This document shows positions 48,792 to 59,337 of a DNA stretch of 64,000 bases, piece after piece. The stretch comes from Candidatus Brockarchaeota archaeon. GTDB taxonomy: Archaea > Thermoproteota > EX4484-205 > JAAOZP01. The stretch covers positions 6,990-70,989 of the forward strand of contig JAFNIQ010000002.1 of assembly GCA_017601395.1 (NCBI GenBank). The letters are read 5' to 3'. The stretch's first letter is position 1; each line of letters begins with the position of its first letter. The notes under the pieces were generated by a model. The model ran no database searches. It had not been told where the DNA came from and worked only from the letters and a program-made list of their open reading frames with translations. The translations under genes were made by a program, and so were the position numbers.

Positions 48792-49682
48792 ATGTATGTC
48801 TCAGTAAGGGATTTCACGGTAGTATGGGTTGGTTACGAGGATCTCGTTAAAGGTTTAAAGGACTTGGGTTTAGACAGGTATGAAATGTACGTCAACAAAA
48901 CATTAACTCAAGACACGTATGAAGATATGGGCCACATAGTGAAGCTAGGTTTTAACCTGAGAGACGCGCGTGAAAGAAAAGAATTTTTAGAATTTTCTAA
49001 AAATACGGGTATAAAACCGTGCACCATATTGTTGGAAAATGATTTTTCAAGTGGAAATCTGGAAGAGGAGCTGGATTATATTAAAAAGGCGACACAACTT
49101 GCGGATGAAATCGGGGTTGAAGTGATACGGATAAACTCGCATATGCAAATAATGGAAGAGAAGCCAATTGAAGAGTATGCTGAGCACTTCGTTAAAATAA
49201 TGAAATCCCTTTTAAGAGAGACGAGGAGCAGCAGCGTAGCTTATGCTGTAGAGAATCACGGCTATGTTAGTAACGATGAGCGATTTTTAGACCATGCTTT
49301 TAAAGAGGTGAATGATGAGAGAGTAGGCTTGACGTTAGACACCGGGAACTTCTATTGGTATGGTTATCCGTTGAGTAAGGTTCATGAACTCATAGAAAAG
49401 TATGCAAAACTAGTTAAACATACTCATCTTAAAAATTTAAAATATCCTGAAGCTAGGAGGGAAATGCAGAGGCGTCCTGGGGAAGATTTTCCTCAGGTTG
49501 CAGTACCTCTGTACGAAGGAGATATTGACTTGAAAAGGGTCGTTCAGGTCTTGAGGAAAGCTGGGTATAGTGGCGATTTAACCATCGAAGACGAGTCTCT
49601 AGGAAAGTATGGTCGGGAAGAGAGAAAAACTGTTTTGAAAAAGGACGTGGAATTTATCAAGAAGCTAATATCTGAAACCTAG
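48792..49682 (+). CDS. sugar phosphate isomerase/epimerase-like TIM-barrel protein. It is AT-rich and possibly foreign.
   Basis: AP_endonuc_2-like pattern (ENHG, TLDTGN, HLKN). GC content is visibly lower than in neighbouring genes. Confidence 0.65.
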   Translation: MYVSVRDFTVVWVGYEDLVKGLKDLGLDRYEMYVNKTLTQDTYEDMGHIVKLGFNLRDARERKEFLEFSKNTGIKPCTILLENDFSSGNLEEELDYIKKATQLADEIGVEVIRINSHMQIMEEKPIEEYAEHFVKIMKSLLRETRSSSVAYAVENHGYVSNDERFLDHAFKEVNDERVGLTLDTGNFYWYGYPLSKVHELIEKYAKLVKHTHLKNLKYPEARREMQRRPGEDFPQVAVPLYEGDIDLKRVVQVLRKAGYSGDLTIEDESLGKYGREERKTVLKKDVEFIKKLISET

Positions 49683-49905
49683 TTTCCTGCTTCAGCGTGC
49701 GAGAAGATCATAGAATCCTAGAGAAGCTGTAGAAGGAAAGTAAGGTTTGAGATTCAACTAATTCTCTTACCAAATATTATTGGACGAAAAATCGGAGAAA
49801 GGCGCGCTATTATTGTGTGCGGTAACTCGGATTAGGAGTTTGCCTTGCTGCCATCTAAGTAGGATTTATTAATCCAAATCTCTAGGAATCCAAATGACGT
49901 AGAAA

Positions 49906-50544
49906 ATGAAAAATGAGGTGATTGCGCTGACCGTTGGCGGGCTTCTAATCGGCGTGGCCTTAGGATACTTCGGTCTCGCCGGATCTCAGATCAGCTCCCT
50001 CCAGTCTCAGCTAGGTGCCGCTCAGGCCGAAATTTCGCGGCTGAATGAAGAGATTCAGGAGCTGAACGCCACGATAGTAGCGCTGAAGGCTGCCGAAGCT
50101 GTCCCTGAGGTCTCAATCTTGGGTGTCTACTTCTCTCCAAGGGGCGGATGTGCTTCAACCTTGATCCACTGGCTGGACAGGGCTAACTTGAGCATCCACG
50201 TCCTGATCTATAGCTTCACTCTCGACAGTATAGGCGACGCGGTTCTTGCTGCGTACCAAAGAGGGGTAGAGGTTAAGATCGTGTTCGAGGAGCAGCAAGT
50301 TACGAAGTATAGCGAATACTTCCGCCTGAAGGCAGCCGGAGTCCAGGTGAGGAACGACACTAACCCGAATCTCATGCACCACAAGGTAGCGATAATCGAC
50401 GGTCACATAGTCTTGATCGGCAGCTTCAATTGGACTGCGTCAGCAGACCAAGATAACAATGAGAACTTGCTGGTGATTCGAAGCGCGAAGCTGGCCGCGG
50501 CCCTCGAAAGGGAGTTCCAGAGGATCTGGACCACTGGGAGATAG
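49906..50544 (+). CDS. membrane-anchored phospholipase D-like (Nuc family) single-HKD nuclease
   Basis: N-terminal TM helix, a coiled-coil segment, then the PLD/Nuc domain with the HxK(x)4D motif (MHHKVAIIDG..GSFNWTASADQDNNEN). GC content is higher than in the flanks. Confidence 0.75.
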   Translation: MKNEVIALTVGGLLIGVALGYFGLAGSQISSLQSQLGAAQAEISRLNEEIQELNATIVALKAAEAVPEVSILGVYFSPRGGCASTLIHWLDRANLSIHVLIYSFTLDSIGDAVLAAYQRGVEVKIVFEEQQVTKYSEYFRLKAAGVQVRNDTNPNLMHHKVAIIDGHIVLIGSFNWTASADQDNNENLLVIRSAKLAAALEREFQRIWTTGR

Positions 50545-50934
50545 GCTTCACGCGCTCGAAAGGACGAATTTTCGAGTTTACTCCAATCCTTTAGTTACCA
50601 GTAAGCGTGAGCCAGCTTATTCCGAAATTGCTTGGCATGAATCCCGTTTACTCCCGCTTGTGCGCGCTACATGGTTGCTGAGACCTTGAATCTAAAGTGA
50701 GGATTTAAATACGATTACAGTATATTCAATCGACTCTTTGAACAAGGCTAGAAATCCCAAATTGAAAGACTCAGAGCTAGTGGGAGAGATTACTTAAGAA
50801 ATAAATAACATTTTTTACTGTTTACAACTTGAAGAAGATGTTTTCCGATGAGAATGTGTTTAGTTTTCTTTTCTACCCTGATTTCCCTTCGTCATGCGTT
50901 AAGCGGTTGGCCAAGCAGTTTATGATCGCCTCTT

Positions 50935-51294
50935 TTATAATTCTTTGATATACGTTCTAATTCTGACTTCTTGGTCTCTCCATATTTTCATAAGATTAGC
51001 GAAATAGTCATAAAGCTCGTCTATATCTCTACACCATACTACCTTGTGGGTCTTTATGATTTCAGCCTTCATATAGAGTGGAAGTTCTTCAAACAACCAG
51101 ATGTCGTACTTCTGGTTATTAACCCTGGAGAACACGTCTAGCAGTAATCCTGCTTTATCGTTAACCTCTGGTGCAACTATGCAAACGTCGACATCTCTTA
51201 TCATCGATTCTCCCTTCGCCTTAGAGCCGAATAGGAGTATTGCTAAAACACCCTTAATCTCGGATAACTGGTATAGCTCTATGTGCTCGTCCAT
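50935..51294 (-). CDS. minimal nucleotidyltransferase (MntA-like antitoxin)
   Basis: LLFGSKAKGES...RDVDVCIV, which is the GS-x9-13-DxD polymerase-beta superfamily NTase motif. Confidence 0.8.
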   Translation of the reverse strand: MDEHIELYQLSEIKGVLAILLFGSKAKGESMIRDVDVCIVAPEVNDKAGLLLDVFSRVNNQKYDIWLFEELPLYMKAEIIKTHKVVWCRDIDELYDYFANLMKIWRDQEVRIRTYIKEL

Positions 51295-51680
51295 GACTCT
51301 AAATCCTTCCTTATTTTAGCCAATTTGGGAAGGAGGGTTTTTATCGATTCCAGTGCTAATTTATCTGATATTTCGTTATAGTTATGCACAAGTCTATTTC
51401 TCAATCCGTTTGCACTTCTCAGAATACTGGAGGTATCTTTATCGATTAATCCTTTTTCTTCAATTAACAGAATGTTAGTATAATCGTCTTTTGGGGGTAT
51501 TTTCAATTCGACGAGTTTCATAGATAGCATGTCAAAGAATGCTTCAACTATCTCCTGAAAAGCCTTGTAGATCGCTAATCGAGTTCTCTCTTCATCTTGG
51601 GAGGGTAACCAAGATTCTATATTGGCCATCCTCCTATCTATATGAGCAAGCTTGTCCATGTATCTTATCTTTCTCTCCAC
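51279..51680 (-). CDS. HEPN domain toxin (HepT/DUF86-like)
   Basis: RNRLVHNY, the Rx4-6H HEPN motif. It overlaps the MNT gene by 16 nt and is AT-rich. Confidence 0.8.
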   Translation of the reverse strand: MERKIRYMDKLAHIDRRMANIESWLPSQDEERTRLAIYKAFQEIVEAFFDMLSMKLVELKIPPKDDYTNILLIEEKGLIDKDTSSILRSANGLRNRLVHNYNEISDKLALESIKTLLPKLAKIRKDLESWTST

Positions 51681-51748
51681 GATATTTCTAAAATAGAAGA
51701 TTAATAAAAGCCTTTTTGGGAGAAGGTAAAAGGTTCGGATTTGCTATT

Positions 51749-52624
51749 TTAAGACGTTAGGGAAATATTATGACTCGTAATACTTGCGGATTTTTCATGA
51801 ACTTTTAACGTGGCTCTTCTTAACGCCCAGCAGCTGGCTACAACCCCGATAGCCATGGAAGATGGGTGAATAGAAGCATACTCGATATGGATATCCAGGG
51901 CGGTTACACCGCCGAAGCCGTGAACACCTATATCAAGCCTGTTAATCTTTCTTAAAAGATCCTCCTCCATTCCTGCAATAACACTGTTCTCATGCCTCTT
52001 TCCAAGTGGCCTTAAGTAAACGGCTCTTTTAGCAAGGTCCAATGCTATATCCGAAGATGGGCCAATACCGACTCCAATTACAATCGGAGGGCATGGCTTG
52101 GCTCCGGCTTGTGCAACGCTCTCCAACACCGTTTGAAAGATCTCCTTTCTCCCGGCCGTAGCGGGTAAAACCCTTAGGCTTGAAACGGCCTCCGAGCCCC
52201 CTCCCTTAGCGACCACAGTTATCTCTAAGCTTTCCGTACCGGGCTCCCAAAGGATCCACGGGATAAATCTCCCCGTGTTGTCTCCGGAATTCCTCCCTGA
52301 GGGGAAATCTATCGCGTTCGGCCTCAAAGGTATTTTACCACTTGCCTCCACAACAGCCCCAACAATGATTCTCCGCAGCTCATCCTCCCTCCATTCTCCT
52401 CTCTTAACATAGAAGGTTAACGTGCCTGTATCTTGGCATATGGGTTTACCCTCTTTTTCGGCGGTTTCAACATTCTCCAGGAGGGCACCCAGTATTTTCC
52501 TAGGAACCTCCCTTTCTTCACACTCATAGGCTTCTTTCAAACGGTTCTTAACATCTACGGGGAGGGATGTTTCGCAGAGCCTTATTGCTTCAACAACATA
52601 TTCCTTAAGCTTAGCGGGATGCAT
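51749..52624 (-). CDS. fumarate hydratase class I, alpha (N-terminal catalytic) subunit; TtdA-like
   Basis: ICQDTGT motif (Fe-S hydro-lyase alpha), and a length of 291 aa. Confidence 0.85.
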   Translation of the reverse strand: MHPAKLKEYVVEAIRLCETSLPVDVKNRLKEAYECEEREVPRKILGALLENVETAEKEGKPICQDTGTLTFYVKRGEWREDELRRIIVGAVVEASGKIPLRPNAIDFPSGRNSGDNTGRFIPWILWEPGTESLEITVVAKGGGSEAVSSLRVLPATAGRKEIFQTVLESVAQAGAKPCPPIVIGVGIGPSSDIALDLAKRAVYLRPLGKRHENSVIAGMEEDLLRKINRLDIGVHGFGGVTALDIHIEYASIHPSSMAIGVVASCWALRRATLKVHEKSASITSHNISLTS

Positions 52625-52628
52625 TTTT

Positions 52629-53270
52629 CTAGTCCTCCAGGCTTTTCAAAACTCGCGAAAGGTTTTCGCCGACCCTTCTCCTAAGGTCCTCGTACAGATC
52701 GTTTCCAAAAGCATCTATTACGATTGTTATCGGCCCAAGCTCCTTAACCTCGAGATGCCACATTGCCTCAGGGGCTCCAAGCTCTTCAAGCCAGTAGACT
52801 CCAATAATACGTTTAACGCTTTTAGCAATCAGCGCTGCGGCTCCCCCGGGAAGAACCCCGTAGAAGGCTTTGAATTCTCGGCATGCCTCCATGGTTCTAC
52901 TCCCCATGCCACCTTTTCCAATAATGCCTGTAATCCCTGTCTCCCTGATAAACTCATATTCGTTATTCTCCATTCTGAAACTCGTGGTGGGGCCGATTGA
53001 AACAACCTCCCACTCGGAATCCTTCCTCCTGACTATTGGACCTGCGTGAAACTCGATGAGGCCCCGAAGGGAAAAGGGCAGCCTATTCCTGTTCGCCAAT
53101 ATTAATTTTTGAGTCCTATCCCTACTCGTAAAAACTTCCCCGCTAATATACACAATGTCTCCAGCCCTGAGTTTAGTAACCTCTTCCTTTTCGAGTGGGG
53201 TTTCAAGTTTATATTCTCTAGCCAACGGGAATATCTTCACACACCTCGATTTAACCTTTTGAGCCTGCAT
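52629..53270 (-). CDS. fumarate hydratase class I, beta subunit (C-terminal domain)
   Basis: Fe-S hydro-lyase beta-type swivel domain (GEVFTSRD..., GIIGKGGMG), encoded immediately upstream of the alpha subunit. Confidence 0.85.
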   Translation of the reverse strand: MQAQKVKSRCVKIFPLAREYKLETPLEKEEVTKLRAGDIVYISGEVFTSRDRTQKLILANRNRLPFSLRGLIEFHAGPIVRRKDSEWEVVSIGPTTSFRMENNEYEFIRETGITGIIGKGGMGSRTMEACREFKAFYGVLPGGAAALIAKSVKRIIGVYWLEELGAPEAMWHLEVKELGPITIVIDAFGNDLYEDLRRRVGENLSRVLKSLED

Positions 53271-53308
53271 GCTTCTAAAACAATAGAAAAAATATGGGAA
53301 ATACAGTG

Positions 53309-55096
53309 TTACGTGGAAGCAGAAGGCGGTGGGGATGCGAGGGGAAGCTTCTTGCTCCTTCTTCTATACAATGAGAGCGTAGCAATCACAATAATCATTA
53401 CAGACATAATCCCTACCATCATATTAGTGTAGTCCTCGGAATACATGGCCCGCATCTCCAGCCTCGGCTCATATCCTGTGAAGACAAGACTGACAGAGCT
53501 ATCCGTAGAGTTCAGAAAACCAGTCCACTGTTTAAATACATATCTGGCGCCCAATAGGCCTAGCAGCCCAGGCATGTTCACGGAGGATGGTGCAATCAGA
53601 GCCGCCTCATCACCCTCCCTATATCTGCCTGAGCCGGATATCTCAACCGCGATGTTGGAGGAAACGTTTAGATTGTAACTCATCACAACCCTGATTAGTT
53701 TTACGGTGGAATTTCTCGCTTCCTCGTTGTCGGTAACCGTCAATGTGACCAAATAATCTCCCAGCCCATGATAGGAATGCTTCACATTAACACCTGAACC
53801 CTCCCCACCGTCTCCAAACTCCCATTTGTATAAGGATATTCTTCCATCAGGGTCGTTGGACTCTGAGGCATCAAATATCACATCTTCGCCCAAGCCTACC
53901 TTACCAGGCGTGCAGCTAAATTTCGCTATTGGCAAATAGTTCGTGCTGACCATGACCGCCATGAGTGGCGTCGTCTGGCTCTCGTACGAAACATATCCTA
54001 TGGCATAATATATGGCACCTTTCTCAGCCGAGGAAGTGTTCCAAGCTGAGGTGAACCTAAAAGAGCCTCCGGGCGCAAGGGATGAAAAATTAAGGTGGCT
54101 GCTCCAAACAGTATTGTTTCCCTTCTGCATCATGAAGATGCATCTCCCCGAGAGGGTCATCGAACCCTCGTTCAGGATGTCGAGCGAGATCTCCACCTGA
54201 TCCCCTATCTTAAAGTGTTTCGGTTCAACGCTAAAGCTTGTCACATTAATCAGAGGCCTGCCGAGCCTGAACCCGCAGGTCTTCCTGTCAAGCCAGTTTC
54301 CTGAGGTATCGTTCAACATAACCTCCACGTAATAGTCGCCTATCGGGAAGCCCTTGCTGTTCCAGATCATTGTGAATGATGCTTGTCCCACTACATTATG
54401 AAGCGTTCTTAAAGGTAAGCCATCAACAACCTTGTCTAAACCATAACACTTTATCAGAGTACTTGCAATGATATCTCTGGCATCGCCTGAGTTGTTAAGC
54501 AAAACGTTAATTGTAACCTCCTCTTGAGGATCATAGACTGGCTTTTCCGTATCAGCATTGAGTATTGAAACTGTCGAAAATATGTAGGTTACATCAAACT
54601 CGTAGTGCTTATAATATCTGACTTCAGTTGTTTCAGAATCATAGTAAAAAGGATATATAATTATAGTGAGCGTGGTAGTGCCATCGGGATTCATCGATAT
54701 GGACCAATGGTAATCTTCATTCGGATACCAGTCTTTGTCTTCGTTTGAAAATGGTCTATTAGAAGATGAACGGTTTTGCATCGTCACGATTGGCAATTTC
54801 AATCCACTATCTGTTACAAGTCCACTACGCTTTCTTTCGACTACCGTCTGAACCCGGTATCCTCTAGGATAATCAACTGAAACAGAGTAGAAGGGAATCC
54901 TTGGCTTACCTTCTACAAGCAGAATATGTCCTCCGGGGATTCTAACGTAATCGAAATCAGCGATCTTACTTACTTCGTAATCAGGTATCAAAATTTCCAG
55001 CATTGAGGGTGGTTCAGTACTGTTAACTTGAAGCACATTAAAGATAGATAGGAAAAGAATAATACTGAAGAGCAGCCACCAAAATCTTTTAATCAT
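53309..55096 (-). CDS. secreted or membrane-anchored protein with a C25-propeptide-like N-domain and a PKD domain
   Basis: Signal peptide. GGHILLVEGKPRIPFYSVSVDYPRGY aligns with the propeptide segment of the 33630 peptidase. PKD domain DPDGRISLYKWEFGDGGEGSGVNVKHSYHGLGDYLVTLTVTDNEEA. C-terminal TM anchor plus RRRSKK. Confidence 0.6.
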   Translation of the reverse strand: MIKRFWWLLFSIILFLSIFNVLQVNSTEPPSMLEILIPDYEVSKIADFDYVRIPGGHILLVEGKPRIPFYSVSVDYPRGYRVQTVVERKRSGLVTDSGLKLPIVTMQNRSSSNRPFSNEDKDWYPNEDYHWSISMNPDGTTTLTIIIYPFYYDSETTEVRYYKHYEFDVTYIFSTVSILNADTEKPVYDPQEEVTINVLLNNSGDARDIIASTLIKCYGLDKVVDGLPLRTLHNVVGQASFTMIWNSKGFPIGDYYVEVMLNDTSGNWLDRKTCGFRLGRPLINVTSFSVEPKHFKIGDQVEISLDILNEGSMTLSGRCIFMMQKGNNTVWSSHLNFSSLAPGGSFRFTSAWNTSSAEKGAIYYAIGYVSYESQTTPLMAVMVSTNYLPIAKFSCTPGKVGLGEDVIFDASESNDPDGRISLYKWEFGDGGEGSGVNVKHSYHGLGDYLVTLTVTDNEEARNSTVKLIRVVMSYNLNVSSNIAVEISGSGRYREGDEAALIAPSSVNMPGLLGLLGARYVFKQWTGFLNSTDSSVSLVFTGYEPRLEMRAMYSEDYTNMMVGIMSVMIIVIATLSLYRRRSKKLPLASPPPSAST

Positions 55097-55108
55097 TATA
55101 ACGTCACC

Positions 55109-58100
55109 TCAATCTCCAAACTTCGGGTCTCCGTATAGGTTGTAGTGATAGGCGTATACCAACCATGCGGTATTCACACGGATCAAGTGTCTTTTCGACA
55201 GGGCAAAAGCTTTTCCAATCGTGCGATAAGTCCATTCTGCACCATAAAGCTGATAGTGGAACTCGTCAGACTCGTCGCCAACGCTGATAGTTGCACCCAT
55301 GTATATTGCTGCACCATTCTTCAGAAAGGCTTCAGATATACTAATGTCACCAATATCCGTAGTCTCGTAGTAGCCTGTTGAGCAGGCAGCAGCAGAAACC
55401 ACAGGCGCACTGTTGCCAAAGGTAAGGGGGTGTCCTGGAAGGTCAGTATACAGCTCTGTACTGCCGCACCAACCTATGAACGCGTCAAGACAACACGCCC
55501 AGCTTCCCGGGCCACCGTGGCCAGCAAATACGATGATATCCTTTCCCTGTGCCGCTTCCTTGATTTGATACCCTCTTTCCGATAAGGCCCTACAATCACT
55601 TTCATAAATATTGTAGGGAAGTAAAAGTAGTGCTCCTCCTGAGATTCGAATACCGAAACGTACTGCTTCAATTATTTCAGCATCCTCTTTACTTATTAGT
55701 GTATGTAGAGTGGCCAGATCCATGGGAGGATGATTCTTGATGCAAGGAGCGCCGTCTAACGTATGACCTGGTGCTTCCAGGCAATTGTAAACTCCCACTA
55801 AACGACTTAGACTACCATAATTCGTTACCAGTCGACGGAGCTCTGATGGCGGTTCTGGAGTAGGAGTATCGGGATCCAGATCCCAATACGTGCCTAATAT
55901 GTAAAGTGCCTCACGGAGTAGGTTAACTTCAGTATCATAGTACTCGGTATGCCGTAGCGATACGCTAGCCCCCTGAAAAGTATGAAGAAGATCTGCTAAG
56001 ACATGACCATTCCGCACCCAAACCTCCTCCCAGGGCCCAGCAGGCCCAGTAGTAACCAGGGCATCAGAACGGTCAAATTCCCTACGGCCGATTGCTACGT
56101 CAATACTGGTTATGATAGGGGTTTTTAAATTTCTAGCAGTATCGCCCACGATCCTGCCCACCATGATATCTGGAAAATGATCGTTATAGCAAGTATCTGA
56201 ATACGGATTGTCGCTGAGCGGAATACTTACATTAAGAATGACCCTGTTGAAAGAGGGAACGATCTCCGTTTCTCCCACGATTAGAACATAGGCATCCCTG
56301 TCTCTCTCAGGATTCGGGTCTCTGAAAACGGGAGAAAGCCTACTGGCCCATGCTCCTGAAGGCGAGATGAATTTCTTGATCTCGTGGGCTGTTAATTCTC
56401 CTCGCAAGTATCCCAGGACCCCGCTCTTAAGCCTAGCCAGTTCCGCCATCTCGACCAAGAGAGAATTCACCCCGTCTTCATCATCTGGGTTGCGGCTGAA
56501 CAATCTTGAAGGATGCGTAATAATTATGTAGTCTGCACTTCTGAGAACCGTCGACAAATCTCCAGGGTGATATCTCAACTGGAAGCTATGTCCGTAATTC
56601 GTGCCGCCGCATGAGAAGCTCACAGATGTATCGAGCCAGCCGAATATGTAGCAATCGTCCGGAATGGTTGGAGCAAACAGTATGGGCACAGCAAAATACT
56701 GGAGTGTTGCAACACCTCCAGGCGGTAACGTGGCTTCTCCCGGTGGTTTGAAAATAACGGTGCTAGTCCAAAACGACGGTACGAACCTTACGCTCATGAA
56801 TGCTGTGTGAGGAATCACTTGAAACCCGCAAACATCATCGCGGAGAGTAAGATTGTACAAAGTCTCCGTTCCTATATTCCTTACGAACAGTGTTACAAGG
56901 TATGTCGTCTGGTAAATATCGTGCCTTACCACATTCCTCGTGACGTTGACGCTGATAATCCTATATTCGAGAGGAGGCGGTGCCCATTCGAAGCGCAGGA
57001 TGCTGGCTCTTATGCTGTCGCGACCATAGTTGCCCAAGTCGTCCCATGCCTTGACCTCTATCACGCACTCAGAGCCAGGTTCAAGCCCCGTCGTGTTCCA
57101 GAGGTGAGTGAACGAAAGGCTACTTGTCCGAGGTTCCGTGACAACCTCCCTCCTGAGGAAATCGTAGCGAAACGGAGAATACTCCCACCTCCTAACTAAC
57201 GCGCCGTCTATGTAGAGCTCAGCTTTCTGAATGTGTCCTGCGGGTGTGGCATGATATTCCCTGTCCTGAATTAGAGCCTCTATTCGAACAAGTCCGTGTA
57301 CCGGCCCCCCATCGCTGGGGCTAACTATCCGCACATCCGGTGGATTCGTGTCTGGAAGCGGGTTGGCGATCGTACCGTTTTTAACGTCAAAAGCCCTGTT
57401 TCCAGCTGTATCAAAAGCTGTCGCGTCGAAACTGTGGACCCCGTTGGGGTAGAGGGTTGTGTTGCAAACCCAGAAGTAGGGCGGGGAGAAATCTATAAAC
57501 TTTATCGCTTTATCTATAGAGAACATCACGCCTCCCACACCAACGTTATCGCTGGCGTGGGCCAAGATGTTTACGACGCCGACAAGTCTCTCCGGCAGGA
57601 GCAAGGTTACTGAGGGCTTCTCCTCATCCGGCGGGGACGCCGTTTCGAAAACCATGGTCTTGCTTACGGCAGAGCTCCCACAAATATCGTTCGACTTTAC
57701 GTAGAACCTGTAGGTTGTCCTCGGCTTTAATCCCGTAATCCTTAACGCATGGTCTTTCACGAGGTTCGGGTCGTAAACGGTTTTCTCCTCTCCGGTGGAA
57801 CGGTCGCTGTAAACAACCATGCTGTCGCTATTCTTATTAGTAACCCATTTTATGGTCGCCGAGTCCTGAGTAGTGCTCACGGCACTTGGCCCAGATGTGA
57901 TTAATATAGGAATGGGATAAGAGATGCAGGTCTTCTCGAGACAGTTGTTTTTCTCATCTGACTCCTTAATTTGGTTGAAGTTATCCACACAGGTCTTTAC
58001 TGTAATGTTGTGACACTCCGGCCACTTATAGTCCTTAAACCAGGATTCTAAGTTCTCTCCTGGCTTCAGGTCGACTCCAACAGGGTCGTGGGCAACCTCC

Positions 58101-59161
58101 TTACCATCCACGTAGAGCGTTGTACTATGGTTTCCCTTCGCCAATTCGCTTCCAATATTCTTTATTGCATATCTTATCACGCTGTTGTTCCTGTCACAAC
58201 TTATCTCTGTGATTATCAGGTCCGGCAGGTTTTCCTTAAGCCACTTCTCCTCGAGACAGTTGTTTTCTTCACTCGACTCTTCGATGTCCTGCTCGCAATC
58301 GGCACAGACATTGACGATGTGCTCACCAGGCGTCGGCTGCCAAGCGTAGTTGAATACGCCCTCAGTCTCCTCACCGGGTTTAAGCACCTGCGTAATCGCG
58401 TGTTTCGCCACCTGCTTCCCGTCTATTGAAAGACAATTTCGGAAGCTCTTGGCAGGCATACCCGGCGGTGTGGTGGCAGCATCACCAATATTCTTTGCCT
58501 TGTAATGGACTAGGCCGTTGCTCTCCCATACGTCGGTTATAACGAGGTCTGGCAGAGGTTTAGTCTCTATTCTTGCCTCCGCCCAGACAGCCCAGTCCCT
58601 GTTTGAGGTCTGCCCGGCACCTACGTACAGGATGAAGTACCCCGTTTTACCGGCTAAGTAACCTAGGTCTTTAACTATTGGGTCAAGCTTTCCGTCATAG
58701 GTTGCTACGTGGCTTAAAACCGTATATGTATTCTGCTGCAGGTCTAGAAACCGCACTTCGAATATAACACCGTCTGTCCCAGTGGCTCCAGAGAGGAACC
58801 CCACTCTAGCTGTGAGTTGTACATTATTCGGCACAGTCTGTTGAGGATATCTGCCCATTATGTACCCGTTGCTAACCCACTGGGGGTGTGTTTCCAGAAC
58901 CCTACTCCACGTAGCTCCGTCTTCAAGAAGCGCGTTATTCACGTACTGTGCAAAGCCCCTGCTGTCTGAGGGGTCTCCGGGAAACGGTAAAGCCCCAGCT
59001 CCACTGCTCCATTGAGCCTCAGAAGCGTGATCAATGAAGTCATAGGCCGCGGATCCTGCCTGAACGCTGAGAATAATGTTGCTGATGAAGCTTGCTGAGG
59101 ACATTAGGATTAGGCATGTTGAGAAGTAGAATAGGCTACTTTTTAAAAAACTGATTTTCAA
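55109..59161 (-). CDS. giant secreted multidomain protein with CARDB repeats, an FN3 domain, Ig-like domains and a C-terminal peptidase C25-like (clan CD) domain
   Basis: Signal peptide. CARDB-like LPDLVITDVWESNGLVHYKAKNIGDAAT repeats. FN3 (TIKWVTNKNSDSMVVY...TGLKPRTTYRFYV). The C-terminal DIIVFAGHGGPGSW (His) and PVVSAAACSTGYYE (Ala-Cys) give the clan CD dyad, and it ends with NLYGDP. 1350 aa. Confidence 0.65.
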   Translation of the reverse strand: MKISFLKSSLFYFSTCLILMSSASFISNIILSVQAGSAAYDFIDHASEAQWSSGAGALPFPGDPSDSRGFAQYVNNALLEDGATWSRVLETHPQWVSNGYIMGRYPQQTVPNNVQLTARVGFLSGATGTDGVIFEVRFLDLQQNTYTVLSHVATYDGKLDPIVKDLGYLAGKTGYFILYVGAGQTSNRDWAVWAEARIETKPLPDLVITDVWESNGLVHYKAKNIGDAATTPPGMPAKSFRNCLSIDGKQVAKHAITQVLKPGEETEGVFNYAWQPTPGEHIVNVCADCEQDIEESSEENNCLEEKWLKENLPDLIITEISCDRNNSVIRYAIKNIGSELAKGNHSTTLYVDGKEVAHDPVGVDLKPGENLESWFKDYKWPECHNITVKTCVDNFNQIKESDEKNNCLEKTCISYPIPILITSGPSAVSTTQDSATIKWVTNKNSDSMVVYSDRSTGEEKTVYDPNLVKDHALRITGLKPRTTYRFYVKSNDICGSSAVSKTMVFETASPPDEEKPSVTLLLPERLVGVVNILAHASDNVGVGGVMFSIDKAIKFIDFSPPYFWVCNTTLYPNGVHSFDATAFDTAGNRAFDVKNGTIANPLPDTNPPDVRIVSPSDGGPVHGLVRIEALIQDREYHATPAGHIQKAELYIDGALVRRWEYSPFRYDFLRREVVTEPRTSSLSFTHLWNTTGLEPGSECVIEVKAWDDLGNYGRDSIRASILRFEWAPPPLEYRIISVNVTRNVVRHDIYQTTYLVTLFVRNIGTETLYNLTLRDDVCGFQVIPHTAFMSVRFVPSFWTSTVIFKPPGEATLPPGGVATLQYFAVPILFAPTIPDDCYIFGWLDTSVSFSCGGTNYGHSFQLRYHPGDLSTVLRSADYIIITHPSRLFSRNPDDEDGVNSLLVEMAELARLKSGVLGYLRGELTAHEIKKFISPSGAWASRLSPVFRDPNPERDRDAYVLIVGETEIVPSFNRVILNVSIPLSDNPYSDTCYNDHFPDIMVGRIVGDTARNLKTPIITSIDVAIGRREFDRSDALVTTGPAGPWEEVWVRNGHVLADLLHTFQGASVSLRHTEYYDTEVNLLREALYILGTYWDLDPDTPTPEPPSELRRLVTNYGSLSRLVGVYNCLEAPGHTLDGAPCIKNHPPMDLATLHTLISKEDAEIIEAVRFGIRISGGALLLLPYNIYESDCRALSERGYQIKEAAQGKDIIVFAGHGGPGSWACCLDAFIGWCGSTELYTDLPGHPLTFGNSAPVVSAAACSTGYYETTDIGDISISEAFLKNGAAIYMGATISVGDESDEFHYQLYGAEWTYRTIGKAFALSKRHLIRVNTAWLVYAYHYNLYGDPKFGD

Positions 59162-59337
59162 AATAATCGCCTTCTTTACCTATATTCCTCCAAAAAATAA
59201 GAATTCTTTAAAATGTTTGAAACTGTCTTGAACCACCTGTTTTCCATCATTTTCTCGCCGTTGAATTATCAAGGCTATGTTTATAAGTTTTTAGTGAAAA
59301 ATACTGTATTCTTCAAAAATATGCTTTAAAACCATAA

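Noticed and set aside
49906-50544. PLD-like gene as a cardiolipin synthase or phospholipase
   Set aside because: It has a single HKD domain of about 150 aa with Nuc-family spacing (HHKVAIIDG...GSFNWT...NNEN). Two-HKD lipid enzymes are much larger.
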